A stretch of DNA of 64,000 nucleotides from an uncultured Pseudomonadota bacterium (GTDB lineage: Bacteria; Pseudomonadota; Alphaproteobacteria; RF32; CAG-239): positions 90,020-154,019 of the forward strand of contig CADAJN010000001.1 of NCBI GenBank assembly GCA_902788365.1, written 5' to 3'. Made by a program: the position numbers and the translations under genes. Of this stretch, positions 39,177 to 50,464 are shown piece by piece. The notes beneath the pieces were generated by a model that saw nothing but the letters and a program-made list of their open reading frames with translations, had not been told where the DNA came from and did no database searches. The stretch's first letter is position 1; every line of letters starts with the position of its first letter.

Positions 39177-40455
39177 ATGGCGCATTATCGGCATTATGAC
39201 CGGTAATTCTATGGACGCGATTGATATGGTTTTAAGCGAGTTTGATGGTGAAAAAATTCGCGATATTTGCAATTACAGCGAACCATACAGCTCTACCCAA
39301 AAAGAAATGATGAACGGGCTAAGGCGGCGGGTTTGCGAAAACAAAATGACGGCTGCAAAACTGCTTAAAGATGCGCTGTTTATGAATGCGCATTGGCAAT
39401 ATGTGGAAGGTGTGGCAAATGCCGTTAATAAAATGTGCGAAAAATTCGGTCTGCAAAAAAAACAAATTGACGCCATCGGTTTTCATGGCAAAACACTGGA
39501 CCATAATCCGCCATCAATGGCAGCATATAACGGTGAGCCACCATTTACAACGCAAATGGGGTCGGCTCAACTTTTGGCCAATTTAACAGGCATTCCGGTG
39601 GTGGGAGATTTTCGTTCGGCTTTGCTTATGAACGGCTATGAAGGTGCGCCGCTTGCCGGTCCGCACAATGCTCATATTGCCAAAACCGAGGGCGACGGTT
39701 GTTATTTTAATGCCGGAAACACCTCTAATTTGGCGTGGATAAAAGACGGCGCGACGCAAATTTGTTGGGATGCCGGTCCGTTTAATGAATATGTAGACAG
39801 CTGGATAAGACTTTATAAAAATGAAGCCATGGACACTGACGGCGCATACGGCAAAAAAGGACGACTAATGCCCGATTTATTGCAAAAGTTGTTTGATGTC
39901 GGTCGTGCTTATTATGAGCTTTTGCCTCCGAAATCAGGGGATCCGGCCTATTATCACACTAATGAAATTTTTGCGCAAATTTGTGCCGAATATAGCAATC
40001 CGCAAACCGACGAACGACTGTTTTGTAATGTGATGCGCACATTGGAAATTTTTGCCGGCTATATTGCCGCTTATGCACTCGGACAAACACCTAAGCATAT
40101 TGAACTGACGCCAAACATTGTGCTGTTTGGCGGAGGTTGGCATAATCCGGTTGCCTTAAAGGCTTTTAAGGAATGTCTGAGCGGTAAAGCGGCGTTTATT
40201 TTGCCGGAACATCAGGCGCACTTTGCAACACTGGCGGCGCGTTGGCCACAACGGCCGAACGTCAAATATTCGGATTTAGGCGCATTTATGGAGGCGCGTT
40301 TGTTTGCCGATTTGGCACGTTATTATCTGGAACAAAAAAGCTGGCCGTTACCGGAATTGCAGGGTAAACAGCTGATTTTAGGTAATGCCCGCTTTCCGTT
40401 TGCCGGTCAGGTAGATGATTTTTTGAGTCAAGCCGCACGCGGTTGGCAAAAATAG
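39169..40455 (+). CDS. anmK: Anhydro-N-acetylmuramic acid kinase
   Basis: N-terminus RIIGIMTGNSMDAIDMVL matches the AnmK GxMSGTSxDGxD motif; 428 aa. Confidence 0.7.
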   Translation: MAKWRIIGIMTGNSMDAIDMVLSEFDGEKIRDICNYSEPYSSTQKEMMNGLRRRVCENKMTAAKLLKDALFMNAHWQYVEGVANAVNKMCEKFGLQKKQIDAIGFHGKTLDHNPPSMAAYNGEPPFTTQMGSAQLLANLTGIPVVGDFRSALLMNGYEGAPLAGPHNAHIAKTEGDGCYFNAGNTSNLAWIKDGATQICWDAGPFNEYVDSWIRLYKNEAMDTDGAYGKKGRLMPDLLQKLFDVGRAYYELLPPKSGDPAYYHTNEIFAQICAEYSNPQTDERLFCNVMRTLEIFAGYIAAYALGQTPKHIELTPNIVLFGGGWHNPVALKAFKECLSGKAAFILPEHQAHFATLAARWPQRPNVKYSDLGAFMEARLFADLARYYLEQKSWPLPELQGKQLILGNARFPFAGQVDDFLSQAARGWQK

Positions 40456-40485
40456 CCGGCACTGCGTACAAAATAGTACATAAAC

Positions 40486-40530
40486 AAAAAAAAGAGCCTT
40501 CAACAATCCGAAGACTCTTTTTTTTTGCAA
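40486..40530. terminator. Bidirectional intrinsic terminator (A8-hairpin-T9)
   Basis: aaaaaaaagagccttcaacaatccgaagactcttttttttt. Confidence 0.7.
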
Positions 40531-40727
40531 TAAATAATTTGAAGAACGAGGTGATTACGACGTGATTTCTAAGCGTGGTGTACCAAGAGATACACGAGCC
40601 AAATAACCGGCACAACGCAAGACTGCGGAGAGCGTGTGTAAATACGACGAAAGCCCTTTGCGCGGTGTACAAAGTAGCACATAAGCAAAGGGCTTTCAAG
40701 CAGTTACCAGCTATACGCTGTCTTTAA

Positions 40728-42035
<1,308 letters not shown>

Positions 42036-42155
42036 CTATAACTTAGTTTATTTTTGCCGATTGTCAAGCGAAAAGAAATGACGGGTGCTATAAACAAAAA
42101 AGCCTCAAAATCGGTGGCAAAACCGATAATGAGGCAAATAAAATAAAAATATTTT

Positions 42156-42575
42156 TCAAATGATGCGGTGACGCTTGTGGTCAAGCACGCACTCGCTCAT
42201 GATAAACAAGGTGGTGAAGTAACCCAAGCAGAAACCGGCAACGCCTAAGATGGACTGCGGCATCTGTTCGAAATCAAACCTATATGCCACAAAGCAATAT
42301 GCCAACATGGCAAAACATGGGAGCATCAGACAGCGCAGCAATTTTTGGCTGTGACGCAACTTAGCTTTTTCTTCCGGCGTTTTGCCGTAAGCATCAAACG
42401 CCAACACAAGCTTTATGCCTATTGCAAAGCCTAAGGCCAACATCAGACCAAACTCAAATTGGTCGTATTGGGGGCCAAACAATGCCAGGTCAAACCCACA
42501 AGCGGTCAGGACAATATCGGCAAGAGCAATCACCAGTAGTGATGCGCCGATAGCAAAAGAATACTTCTGACTCAT
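42156..42575 (-). CDS. Hypothetical 4-TM membrane protein (139 aa)
   Basis: ORF with hydrophobic helices; terminator hairpin + T-run downstream at ~42095..42140. Confidence 0.45.
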   Translation of the reverse strand: MSQKYSFAIGASLLVIALADIVLTACGFDLALFGPQYDQFEFGLMLALGFAIGIKLVLAFDAYGKTPEEKAKLRHSQKLLRCLMLPCFAMLAYCFVAYRFDFEQMPQSILGVAGFCLGYFTTLFIMSECVLDHKRHRII

Positions 42576-42662
42576 ATTGTCTGAGCAATTATGTCAACTT
42601 TTTTTCAACCATAGTTCAAGCCGAATATATTTTATCCGGTTTGGCAAGAGAGAGGACGCACA

Positions 42663-42944
42663 CTAAGCTATTATATGATTGAACAAATAATAGCCGCCGG
42701 CGGCGATAACAATAAGCTCAGCCAACAGAAAATCTCCGGCAAGGGCAATCTGCGCCCTGTTCTTAGCGGTTCCTGTTCCGAAAATAAAATAGATTACCGG
42801 AAAGGCCACAGCCATGATGATGGCAAAGATGCCTGTTTGTGTCCAGCTGAATGTGTTGAACACAACAAATGCGATTAAACACACGAAGGCAAACATTGCA
42901 CCTCCAACTAACCCAATGTGGATAAAGAGCTTTTTATAATCCAT
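42663..42944 (-). CDS. Hypothetical 3-TM membrane protein (93 aa)
   Basis: ORF; hydrophobic helices. Confidence 0.4.
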   Translation of the reverse strand: MDYKKLFIHIGLVGGAMFAFVCLIAFVVFNTFSWTQTGIFAIIMAVAFPVIYFIFGTGTAKNRAQIALAGDFLLAELIVIAAGGYYLFNHIIA

Positions 42945-43207
42945 AAAGCGTAAACCTTTAAAATAAATACTAATAATAACTAATTGAGATTAGTATAGGT
43001 AGAAAGAAAATATTTGTCAAGAATTTTTTGTCAAAATAAATACTAAACTTTTACTTGGTGATAAATAGTTTTGAATTTGCCGAGATTACCCGCCTGCGCG
43101 GGTAATGACTGTTATATTTATCTGACTTGGTTAAAAAAATTGAGCCCCAAATCTGCACATGACAGAATTTGAGGCTCTTCAAATTAGTTAGAGTTAAAAA
43201 AAAATAG

Positions 43208-43648
43208 TTAGAAACCGGCGGTTATACCGGTGGTATGGTAGTAGTACAGTGCTAAAAAGCATATGCCGAAAATGGCTAAACCCTCCATGGTGATTGATAA
43301 GAACAGGAAAAAGCGGGCACCGTAATACTGGAAATCATACTTAAATTCCATCGCAAAAAACGCCTTGTATGCTTTTACCAGAATGTAAATCAGCCACATA
43401 TGAAATGCCAGTTGGGTTGCTGCTAACAAAAGCAGATAACTTGAAACATCAGTCATCATGTTGCCGTATTTCTGTGAGGACCAAACAAATCCGGTCAGCA
43501 TCATCAGACCTAAAGCCCAGAAAGTTTCAGTGCTGAGGCCGTTGATGGGTTTTCGTTCATAGTACTTACTGTCGAGCACGCCATCAAATAAGATAAGCGC
43601 GGCGACAGCCACCACCTCTAAGATTAAGATAATAATAAATTGTGCCAT
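43208..43648 (-). CDS. Hypothetical 4-TM membrane protein (146 aa)
   Basis: ORF; hydrophobic helices rich in aromatic residues. Confidence 0.45.
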   Translation of the reverse strand: MAQFIIILILEVVAVAALILFDGVLDSKYYERKPINGLSTETFWALGLMMLTGFVWSSQKYGNMMTDVSSYLLLLAATQLAFHMWLIYILVKAYKAFFAMEFKYDFQYYGARFFLFLSITMEGLAIFGICFLALYYYHTTGITAGF

Positions 43649-43973
43649 AAATGTAGATAATTAATTATTAAAAATCTGGTGGAGTATAACAGATTTGTCA
43701 GATGATGTCAAGCGGAGCTGTCAAAAAAAACTGAGAGAATATTAAAGGATTCGGCCGAGATCCCACGGTCAAAGCCGTGGGATGACATTTTTTTAAAGGC
43801 GCCGGAGGATGACAGTTTAGGCGTTAGCGCGCTTTATGATAATGATTGGAAAATTAGAGAAAATATCAATTCGGCATATTTCTACTTGCATTTAGCGGCG
43901 ATTTGTGTTAGTAATCCAAGCGATTTTTAATTATGCAGGAATTATTGTATTTATTATTCAAATTGATACGCTT

Positions 43974-44327
43974 ATGAGTAAAAAAGTGAAGTTTGTCACA
44001 ATGTTCGGCGCGCGAATAAACATTGAAGCATGGACATTGTCAAAAGAAGAAGTAACTAAGGCGGCCGCTCAATATTTTGGCGAGCCTGTGGTATGTGCGC
44101 CGGTGTTTTTCGGCAGCGGCACGGTTTGTTTGGGGTGGCGATGTATTTCGGTTGCCCGTGAAAGAGTAATCGGTTATTTGCCGCTTTCGGTCGGGCATTT
44201 CGGCCATTATCCCGATGACTATGCCGAATATGGCATAAACGTGGAAATTCCCCTTGGTGAGACATGGGCCATGGTGATGGATGCCTCGGTGCGCTTTTTG
44301 AACGATGAAATTCAGATTAAATTTTAG
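43974..44327 (+). CDS. Hypothetical protein (117 aa)
   Basis: ORF from ATG 43974; no clear RBS; no recognisable motif. Confidence 0.35.
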   Translation: MSKKVKFVTMFGARINIEAWTLSKEEVTKAAAQYFGEPVVCAPVFFGSGTVCLGWRCISVARERVIGYLPLSVGHFGHYPDDYAEYGINVEIPLGETWAMVMDASVRFLNDEIQIKF

Positions 44328-44386
44328 GCTTTGCAAAAAAGAGTGTTCTTAACCGAGCACTCTTTTTTTGGGTTTGCAACAAATGG

Positions 44387-45013
44387 CTATATGATCCCCA
44401 GCTTTTGGGCCGTAATGACTGCTTGTGTGCGGTTACTGACGTGAAGTGAGCGTAACAGCGCGTTTATATGCAGTTTTACCGTTGATTCGGAAACCCCCAT
44501 ATCATAAGCGATTTGTTTATTTGATTTGCCTTGCGCGATTAAATCCAAAACTTGCGATTGGCGATTGGTCAATGTCTTCAGACCGGTGCTTTTGGTGCTT
44601 AAGTTATTGAGCGGCGGGTTGGAAATGAGGATTGGCGGCACATAAGTTCCGCCGTCAAACACCAGCTTAAACGCATTGTCAAAAACTTTACTGTCCGAAC
44701 GCTTGGGAATATAGCCCTGCACACCGGTGGACATCACACTGCGAATCGTGCGACTGTCTTCTGAGGCGGAAACGACAATAACGGCCGCTTTGGGCGCCAT
44801 TTTGCGAATTTCGTGCAGTGCTTCCTGCCACGGCATATCTTGCATTTCTATATCTAAAACAATAACGGAAACGTCCGTGTCGTGTTTAATGATTTTAAAA
44901 ATCTGCGCATAATTGGAGGCTTGCAACACTAGCGCGTCAGGCACAATTTGTTCCAAACGCAACGCCAACCCGTCGCGAAACAGCGCATGATCGTCCGCAA
45001 TCAGAATCTTCAT
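44387..45013 (-). CDS. NarL/FixJ-family response regulator (REC + LuxR-type HTH)
   Basis: MKILIADDHALFRDGL with phospho-acceptor Asp (LDIEMQDM); C-terminal LTNRQSQVLDLIAQGKSNKQIA HTH; AAGGAG RBS before ATG 45013. Confidence 0.8.
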   Translation of the reverse strand: MKILIADDHALFRDGLALRLEQIVPDALVLQASNYAQIFKIIKHDTDVSVIVLDIEMQDMPWQEALHEIRKMAPKAAVIVVSASEDSRTIRSVMSTGVQGYIPKRSDSKVFDNAFKLVFDGGTYVPPILISNPPLNNLSTKSTGLKTLTNRQSQVLDLIAQGKSNKQIAYDMGVSESTVKLHINALLRSLHVSNRTQAVITAQKLGII

Positions 45014-45170
45014 TTTTATCTCCTTAAAAACAAACGCCACTTGGCTTTTGCCTTTATATATGTGCCATTAGATAAATTTAAAGATAAGGCAAAAAAATTT
45101 TTGTTTGTTCACACAAAAAAAACGCGCACGTTAGATGGCGCGCTTTCATAGTGCTTTTCAAAATTTTCCG

Positions 45171-45830
45171 TCAGTGTTTTTTCGGAAACCACTTTATGGC
45201 ATCGGCGCAAGTTTCTTGACTGATACCGCGGATACGACAACGATTTACTTCTATGGTCGGTGTTTTATCAAGGTGCAAACACCCCTCACCTAAGAGCATA
45301 AGGTCGGTATATGTTGAAACGCCCGGTTTAAGCTGGCTCATTTCAACACTGGTGGCAATATCCGGCCACTTAAGTTTGAAGCCTAAAGAAGTAATTTTTT
45401 CCTTAAAATCATTCAAAACATAAACGCGAATTGTGCATTTGACCATTTTATCAAAACCACGATGGATTTGATAGTTATCATAATAAACCAAGATACTGCG
45501 TTTATCGTCGCTGTCAAAATCTACTTTACCGTCCACAATTCTAAAATGAACAACCTTAGATGCGGTATTTTGAAGCTCTTTTTGTTGATTTTCATTATTA
45601 AAATTTTTTTCAACCGGTGAAAACGTATCGGTATTTTTATCCGTTTCCGCAGATGTTTGTGACGGCGTTGGTTGCTCATCAAGTGCGCCCAGCGGCTGAG
45701 CCGTCGGCTTTTGGGGTTGAACAATTTGTTGCGGTGCCGATGGTGCTCCGGAAAAAACCTGTGCGCCGGCCGGCATTATCCATCCCATTGTTATGAGAAA
45801 AAGCCAAAATATATTTTGCTTTTTTATCAT
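45171..45830 (-). CDS. Hypothetical secreted protein (219 aa)
   Basis: Signal peptide; P/Q-rich region; shares architecture with the upstream gene. Confidence 0.5.
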   Translation of the reverse strand: MIKKQNIFWLFLITMGWIMPAGAQVFSGAPSAPQQIVQPQKPTAQPLGALDEQPTPSQTSAETDKNTDTFSPVEKNFNNENQQKELQNTASKVVHFRIVDGKVDFDSDDKRSILVYYDNYQIHRGFDKMVKCTIRVYVLNDFKEKITSLGFKLKWPDIATSVEMSQLKPGVSTYTDLMLLGEGCLHLDKTPTIEVNRCRIRGISQETCADAIKWFPKKH

Positions 45831-45838
45831 ACTCTCCC

Positions 45839-46582
45839 CTATTTCAGCTTACGAAGAAGGTCCGTTGTTTCATCCATATTTTGAGTAATTTTGCCGATTG
45901 TTTCATCAATTTTGGACAATTCCTGCTTTTTCTCGTCTTCGGCTTGCTTTTCCAAAACGCTGGCCGGAACATCCTTAAATTCGGAATAATATTCCGGATT
46001 TTTGGAATCAATATAGTTAAACAAACTTTGGCAGGTTTCACCTTCTGCCTTACTCAAACCTTCTACATTACAACTTGTTACATTAAATTTTGTGTTATCT
46101 AACAACAAATAGCATTTATCGGTTTTGACTTTTTGTTCAAAACTTTTTTGCTTGTGCGGTGCAACACCGTCAAGTGTGATTTCGCTGTTAATATATGACA
46201 CGGCCTTTTCACCGCTGACAACCTTTAGCTGACTTTCTTCCAGTTTATATTTGCCGGAAAGATTATCAACCCAAGTTAGAACCAATTTGGCCTCTTTCAG
46301 CGGACGATCCGAGCGATTATAAACCGTCAGAATATAGCCGCACTCATCGGTAACCCCTTCTTTATTGGCAATCGGCGTAATATTTTCAACACGAAATAAT
46401 ATGGCTTCAGGCTTAGATGTTTCTTCTGCTGTTGCCGAATCGGTTGTTTTGCCGACTTGATTGGCTTCCGAATTTAAGGTAACTTCCGAATCGGCGCCGT
46501 TTTTAACTTCTGCCTGAGCGGCCGATGCCCATAAAAAACCGGCACTTAAACCGCATAAAATTATTTTGTTTGTTAAACTCAT
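45839..46582 (-). CDS. Hypothetical secreted protein (247 aa)
   Basis: Signal peptide ...ASAAQA; likely paralog of 45171..45830. Confidence 0.5.
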   Translation of the reverse strand: MSLTNKIILCGLSAGFLWASAAQAEVKNGADSEVTLNSEANQVGKTTDSATAEETSKPEAILFRVENITPIANKEGVTDECGYILTVYNRSDRPLKEAKLVLTWVDNLSGKYKLEESQLKVVSGEKAVSYINSEITLDGVAPHKQKSFEQKVKTDKCYLLLDNTKFNVTSCNVEGLSKAEGETCQSLFNYIDSKNPEYYSEFKDVPASVLEKQAEDEKKQELSKIDETIGKITQNMDETTDLLRKLK

Positions 46583-46668
46583 TTTTTTGCTCCACAGTGT
46601 TAAATTTGTGTTCAGCTTAACGCTTTATTATTTAATTTTTCTTAATTTTTTTGCTTTTTCCCGATTTA

Positions 46669-47430
46669 TTATTCCGCCAGTTTGTTTTGCAAGCGCAAAA
46701 AATCATTCCAAGCCTTTGCCTTTTGACCGGCGCTACGCAACAAATAAGCCGGATGAAATGTGGCTAAAGCCGCAATTTTTTCGCCGTTTGCCGTCGTATA
46801 TTCCATAAACCGACCGCGCATTTGCGATATGCTGTCATGATTATCAAGCACCGCATTGGCCGCACTGGCACCCAAAAGCAAAATCACTTTCGGTTTTATC
46901 AGTTCTATTTGGCGGTATAAAAACGGCAAGCAGACAGCCACTTCGCCATCGGTCGGTGTGCGATTGCCGGGCGGTCGCCATGGTAAAATGTTGGTAATAT
47001 AGCAATCTTCACGCGGCAAATTGACCGCCTGTAACATTTTATCAAGCAAATGACCGCTGCGGCCGACAAACGGTTCGCCGATTCGGTCTTCATCGGCACC
47101 GGGAGCCTCACCGATAATCATTACCTCGGCTTTAGGATTTCCATAGCCGAAAACCGTTGAATTTGCCGAAAATTTAAGGGCACAGCCGTCAAAACTTTCT
47201 ACCAGTGCTTTTAAATCATCTAAAGTTTGGGCTTTTTGGCACAAGTCGCGCGCCTGCATGCAAGCCGCCGAAGACGTTTGCGCCAACAATGATGTGGCCG
47301 GACGCACCGTTGCCGAATTTTCTGTTGATGCTGTTTCTTTACACGCCAAATAATTGGGTGCTTCTTCACCGCAAATTGCATCAACTCCGGCCAAAATATA
47401 CCAATTTAATATGTTTTGTGCGTCTTCCAT
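46669..47430 (-). CDS. udg: Uracil-DNA glycosylase, family 4
   Basis: [27 protein letters not shown] motif; start chosen at MEDAQN (ATG 47430, GGAAG RBS). Confidence 0.7.
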   Translation of the reverse strand: MEDAQNILNWYILAGVDAICGEEAPNYLACKETASTENSATVRPATSLLAQTSSAACMQARDLCQKAQTLDDLKALVESFDGCALKFSANSTVFGYGNPKAEVMIIGEAPGADEDRIGEPFVGRSGHLLDKMLQAVNLPREDCYITNILPWRPPGNRTPTDGEVAVCLPFLYRQIELIKPKVILLLGASAANAVLDNHDSISQMRGRFMEYTTANGEKIAALATFHPAYLLRSAGQKAKAWNDFLRLQNKLAE

Positions 47431-47557
47431 TTTTACTTCCGTTCCATTATATATACCATAATCAGTTTTTTTTGCAATATAAAGAGAGTCTTTACACATT
47501 GATAATATTTTAATATTATAATGAGCAAAAAAATAAAATAATTAGCGGGAAAAGATT

Positions 47558-49450
47558 ATGACGAAGTGCTTTAAGATAAAATGGATTGGTAAATTACTGA
47601 TTATTTGCCTTGTGCTGTGGGCTTGTGCTCAAAATTTGCTCAGCAAATATACTTCAGACACGGCTCTGCCTCAGGTTGCATTTGACAATGACGGTTATTT
47701 TCGCGGCACCGATTTTTTGGCACGCCACAATAAAGACAATTCTATTTCATATTACGGCACACAATCATTATACGGAGCTTATTTGGCCGGACGCATTGCG
47801 CATATGCGGCAGGATTTTAATGAGGCGGCCGAATACTATCGTATTGTTTTGGAAAAAGATAAAGAAAATAAAGGTGTCAATCGCTCTATTTACATCATAT
47901 ATGCTTCTCTCGGAGAGATTAAACAAGCGGCGCCGTATGCCCAAGCCGAAGTTGATGCCAATGTGCCAAATACTTTGGCACCGTTGATTGTGGCCATTGA
48001 AAAATTTGCCCGCGGACAATATGAAGCGGCACGACAGATCATGGATAAAATGACTGACAAAGCTTATACCACCATTGTTAATCCGTGGTTTGATGCTTGG
48101 ACTTATGCCGGCGAAGGCAAAGAATCCGAAGCCATTGCCTGCATAGATAAAATTTTGGACGATCCGGCACTTGCTGCCACCAAACTTTATCATAAAGCAC
48201 TGATTTATGACTATTTGGGCAATCGCCTGATGGCGGCGCAAAATTTTGCTGCCTTGGTAAAACAATATCCGAGTGATGTTTCTTATCGTATGCTGGAAAT
48301 TATTACCGATTTTTATGTTCGCGGCGGCGATAAAAATATGGCACGACAAATTTCGCAACGCTATAATGATAATTCGGTTCTGACCGTTTTGCTGTCGGAT
48401 ATTGATAAAAAAATTGATGCCGGACAAGTAAATGCCGAAGCCATTATTAACACGCCGCAAAAAGGTTTGGCCGAAGCATTGTTTAATATCGGCACCCTGT
48501 TTCGTGCCTCTAACGGCGGCATGGAATTTGCGCAAATTTATATTGCTGCGGCATCTTATTTAAATCCGGATTATGAAATTGCCAAGATTGCCATGGCTAA
48601 TATTTTGGAAGAGCTTGGACTTTTAAAGGAAGCCAATCGCTATTATGCGCAAGTGCCTAAGGATTCCGGTTCATATTTTATTTCGCGCATGAAAATGATT
48701 GAAAATATGAACACCTTAAAGGATTTTGCCGGCGCTGAGCGTAATTTACGCATGTTGCTTAAAGACTATCCGGAAAATACGCAACTGCTGACCGATTTGG
48801 GCAACATTGCCAGTAGTATGAACAAAAATAATGAGGCCATTGAAATTTATCAAAAAGCGCTTAAAAGCTCTCACGTTGTAGACAACTCAATGTGGCCGAT
48901 TTATTACTCTTTGGCGGTTTCTTATGACCGTATCAATCAAAAAAACAAAGCCGAAGATAACTTAAAAATGGCGCTTCACTTGAGCAATCGTAACCCGAAT
49001 GTGCTCAATTATTTGGGCTATTCGTGGCTGATTGAAAATAAAAATGTGGACGACGCCGTGCGTATGATTGTTGAGGCGTATCGCCATGCGCCGTATGAAG
49101 GCCATATTATTGACAGCTTAGGTTGGGTATTTTATCGGCTCGGCGACTATGACAAGGCCATTGCCTTTTTAGAGCGGGCGTCTGATATGAATCCGGGTAA
49201 CGCCGTTATCAGTGACCACTTGGGTGATGCTTATTGGTTTGGCGGGCGCAAAAATGAAGCAGTATTTCAATGGAAGCATGCTCTGGTGCTGAAAGAAGAT
49301 TCTGAATTGCTGGATAAGACTGCCGTGCAGGAAAAAATTGACAATAATCGCGTAGAAAATCAGGTTTTACAAATTCAAGATGTTTTGCTGCGCGATATTT
49401 TAGCCAAGATTTCGCCAAACGATGATACAGCGAATGATGAGAACAAGTAG
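47558..49450 (+). CDS. Tetratricopeptide-repeat protein with N-terminal signal/TM segment
   Basis: 630 aa; many 34-aa TPR units (A..Y......G....A...Y..AL). Confidence 0.7.
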   Translation: MTKCFKIKWIGKLLIICLVLWACAQNLLSKYTSDTALPQVAFDNDGYFRGTDFLARHNKDNSISYYGTQSLYGAYLAGRIAHMRQDFNEAAEYYRIVLEKDKENKGVNRSIYIIYASLGEIKQAAPYAQAEVDANVPNTLAPLIVAIEKFARGQYEAARQIMDKMTDKAYTTIVNPWFDAWTYAGEGKESEAIACIDKILDDPALAATKLYHKALIYDYLGNRLMAAQNFAALVKQYPSDVSYRMLEIITDFYVRGGDKNMARQISQRYNDNSVLTVLLSDIDKKIDAGQVNAEAIINTPQKGLAEALFNIGTLFRASNGGMEFAQIYIAAASYLNPDYEIAKIAMANILEELGLLKEANRYYAQVPKDSGSYFISRMKMIENMNTLKDFAGAERNLRMLLKDYPENTQLLTDLGNIASSMNKNNEAIEIYQKALKSSHVVDNSMWPIYYSLAVSYDRINQKNKAEDNLKMALHLSNRNPNVLNYLGYSWLIENKNVDDAVRMIVEAYRHAPYEGHIIDSLGWVFYRLGDYDKAIAFLERASDMNPGNAVISDHLGDAYWFGGRKNEAVFQWKHALVLKEDSELLDKTAVQEKIDNNRVENQVLQIQDVLLRDILAKISPNDDTANDENK

Positions 49451-49457
49451 CCGATTT

Positions 49458-49775
49458 CTACTTATTCTGCATTAGTTTATTCAGGTTGTTTTGTAATACC
49501 CATTGATCGTATTGCATAATTTTATCTTGTAGCTGTGCGTCATATTTATGTTCTATTAGTTTTTGCGCACGCCATTTATCCATCTCTGTCCATGTTGACA
49601 CATCTTTAGTATATAAAGGTTCTGTTAAATGTCGAAAAGTTTCCATATATTCATCTTCTCCTTCATTTAGAGAAGAAACACCTGAGTTATCATTTAAAAA
49701 TGGAACAGATTTGTTTACACCTGTTTTCATGGCTTGTTGAAGCCCTTTTTTTATCAGAAAAGTATGTATTGTCAT
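49458..49775 (-). CDS. Hypothetical protein (105 aa) in AT-rich segment
   Basis: ORF; locally depressed GC over 49470..49900. Confidence 0.35.
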   Translation of the reverse strand: MTIHTFLIKKGLQQAMKTGVNKSVPFLNDNSGVSSLNEGEDEYMETFRHLTEPLYTKDVSTWTEMDKWRAQKLIEHKYDAQLQDKIMQYDQWVLQNNLNKLMQNK

Positions 49776-49932
49776 TGTGTTATCCTTTAAAATATGTTGA
49801 ATTCTATAATAATAGATATAATATATTTCTTATTTTGTAAATATTTCTCTTATCTTATCCACAAGATTTGTATTTTGATTGTTTTTCATATTTTTTAGTA
49901 TTATTATGACAAATTATAAAAGGAGAATCGCA

Positions 49933-50271
49933 ATGAAAAAGTTATTACAACAAATAAAGCGGCTTTTTATCTTCTTTTTGCTGTTGTGGTTAATCTGCGA
50001 GGCTACATCCTATAGTTTCTTCTGGTTTTTAGCACAAGCCGATGAAGACAAGCTGGTGATAGATTTGTATCTGCAAAAAAAATCTATTTTAGCTTATTTC
50101 AAAATTTTGGCGGCAGTGGCTTTTACTTTGACTTATCTTTGCTATCCGTGGATACTAAAATATAACCGCTTCAAACCAATTTACGCCTATTTAGGTATCG
50201 TTTTATTTTATGTGATTATTTTTTTATCAGCGTATTTGCTAGGTGGCTGGCTGATGAATTTTGCGGTTTAG
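49933..50271 (+). CDS. Hypothetical membrane protein (113 aa)
   Basis: ATG 49933 with AAAGGAGAA RBS; three hydrophobic helices. Confidence 0.45.
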   Translation: MKKLLQQIKRLFIFFLLLWLICEATSYSFFWFLAQADEDKLVIDLYLQKKSILAYFKILAAVAFTLTYLCYPWILKYNRFKPIYAYLGIVLFYVIIFLSAYLLGGWLMNFAV

Positions 50272-50464
50272 GAAAAAACCACGGTTTAACACGCTTATTG
50301 GTGATGCGTTCAATGTAGCGTTTCACCTTTTCCGCTTCTTCGTCCGAAAGCATTTCGGCAGCCGCAGACAGCTCATAGACCTTGCGCGGCACATAACGCG
50401 CATGTTTGATATATTCTATTATTTCAACTTCATCGGTTCCGAAAACAAGTTTGTCACTGCTCAT
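50216..50464 (-). CDS. Hypothetical small protein (83 aa)
   Basis: ATG 50464 (MSSDKLVFGT) with AAAGGA RBS; preceded by a long structured leader. Confidence 0.45.
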   Translation of the reverse strand: MSSDKLVFGTDEVEIIEYIKHARYVPRKVYELSAAAEMLSDEEAEKVKRYIERITNKRVKPWFFPKPQNSSASHLANTLIKK

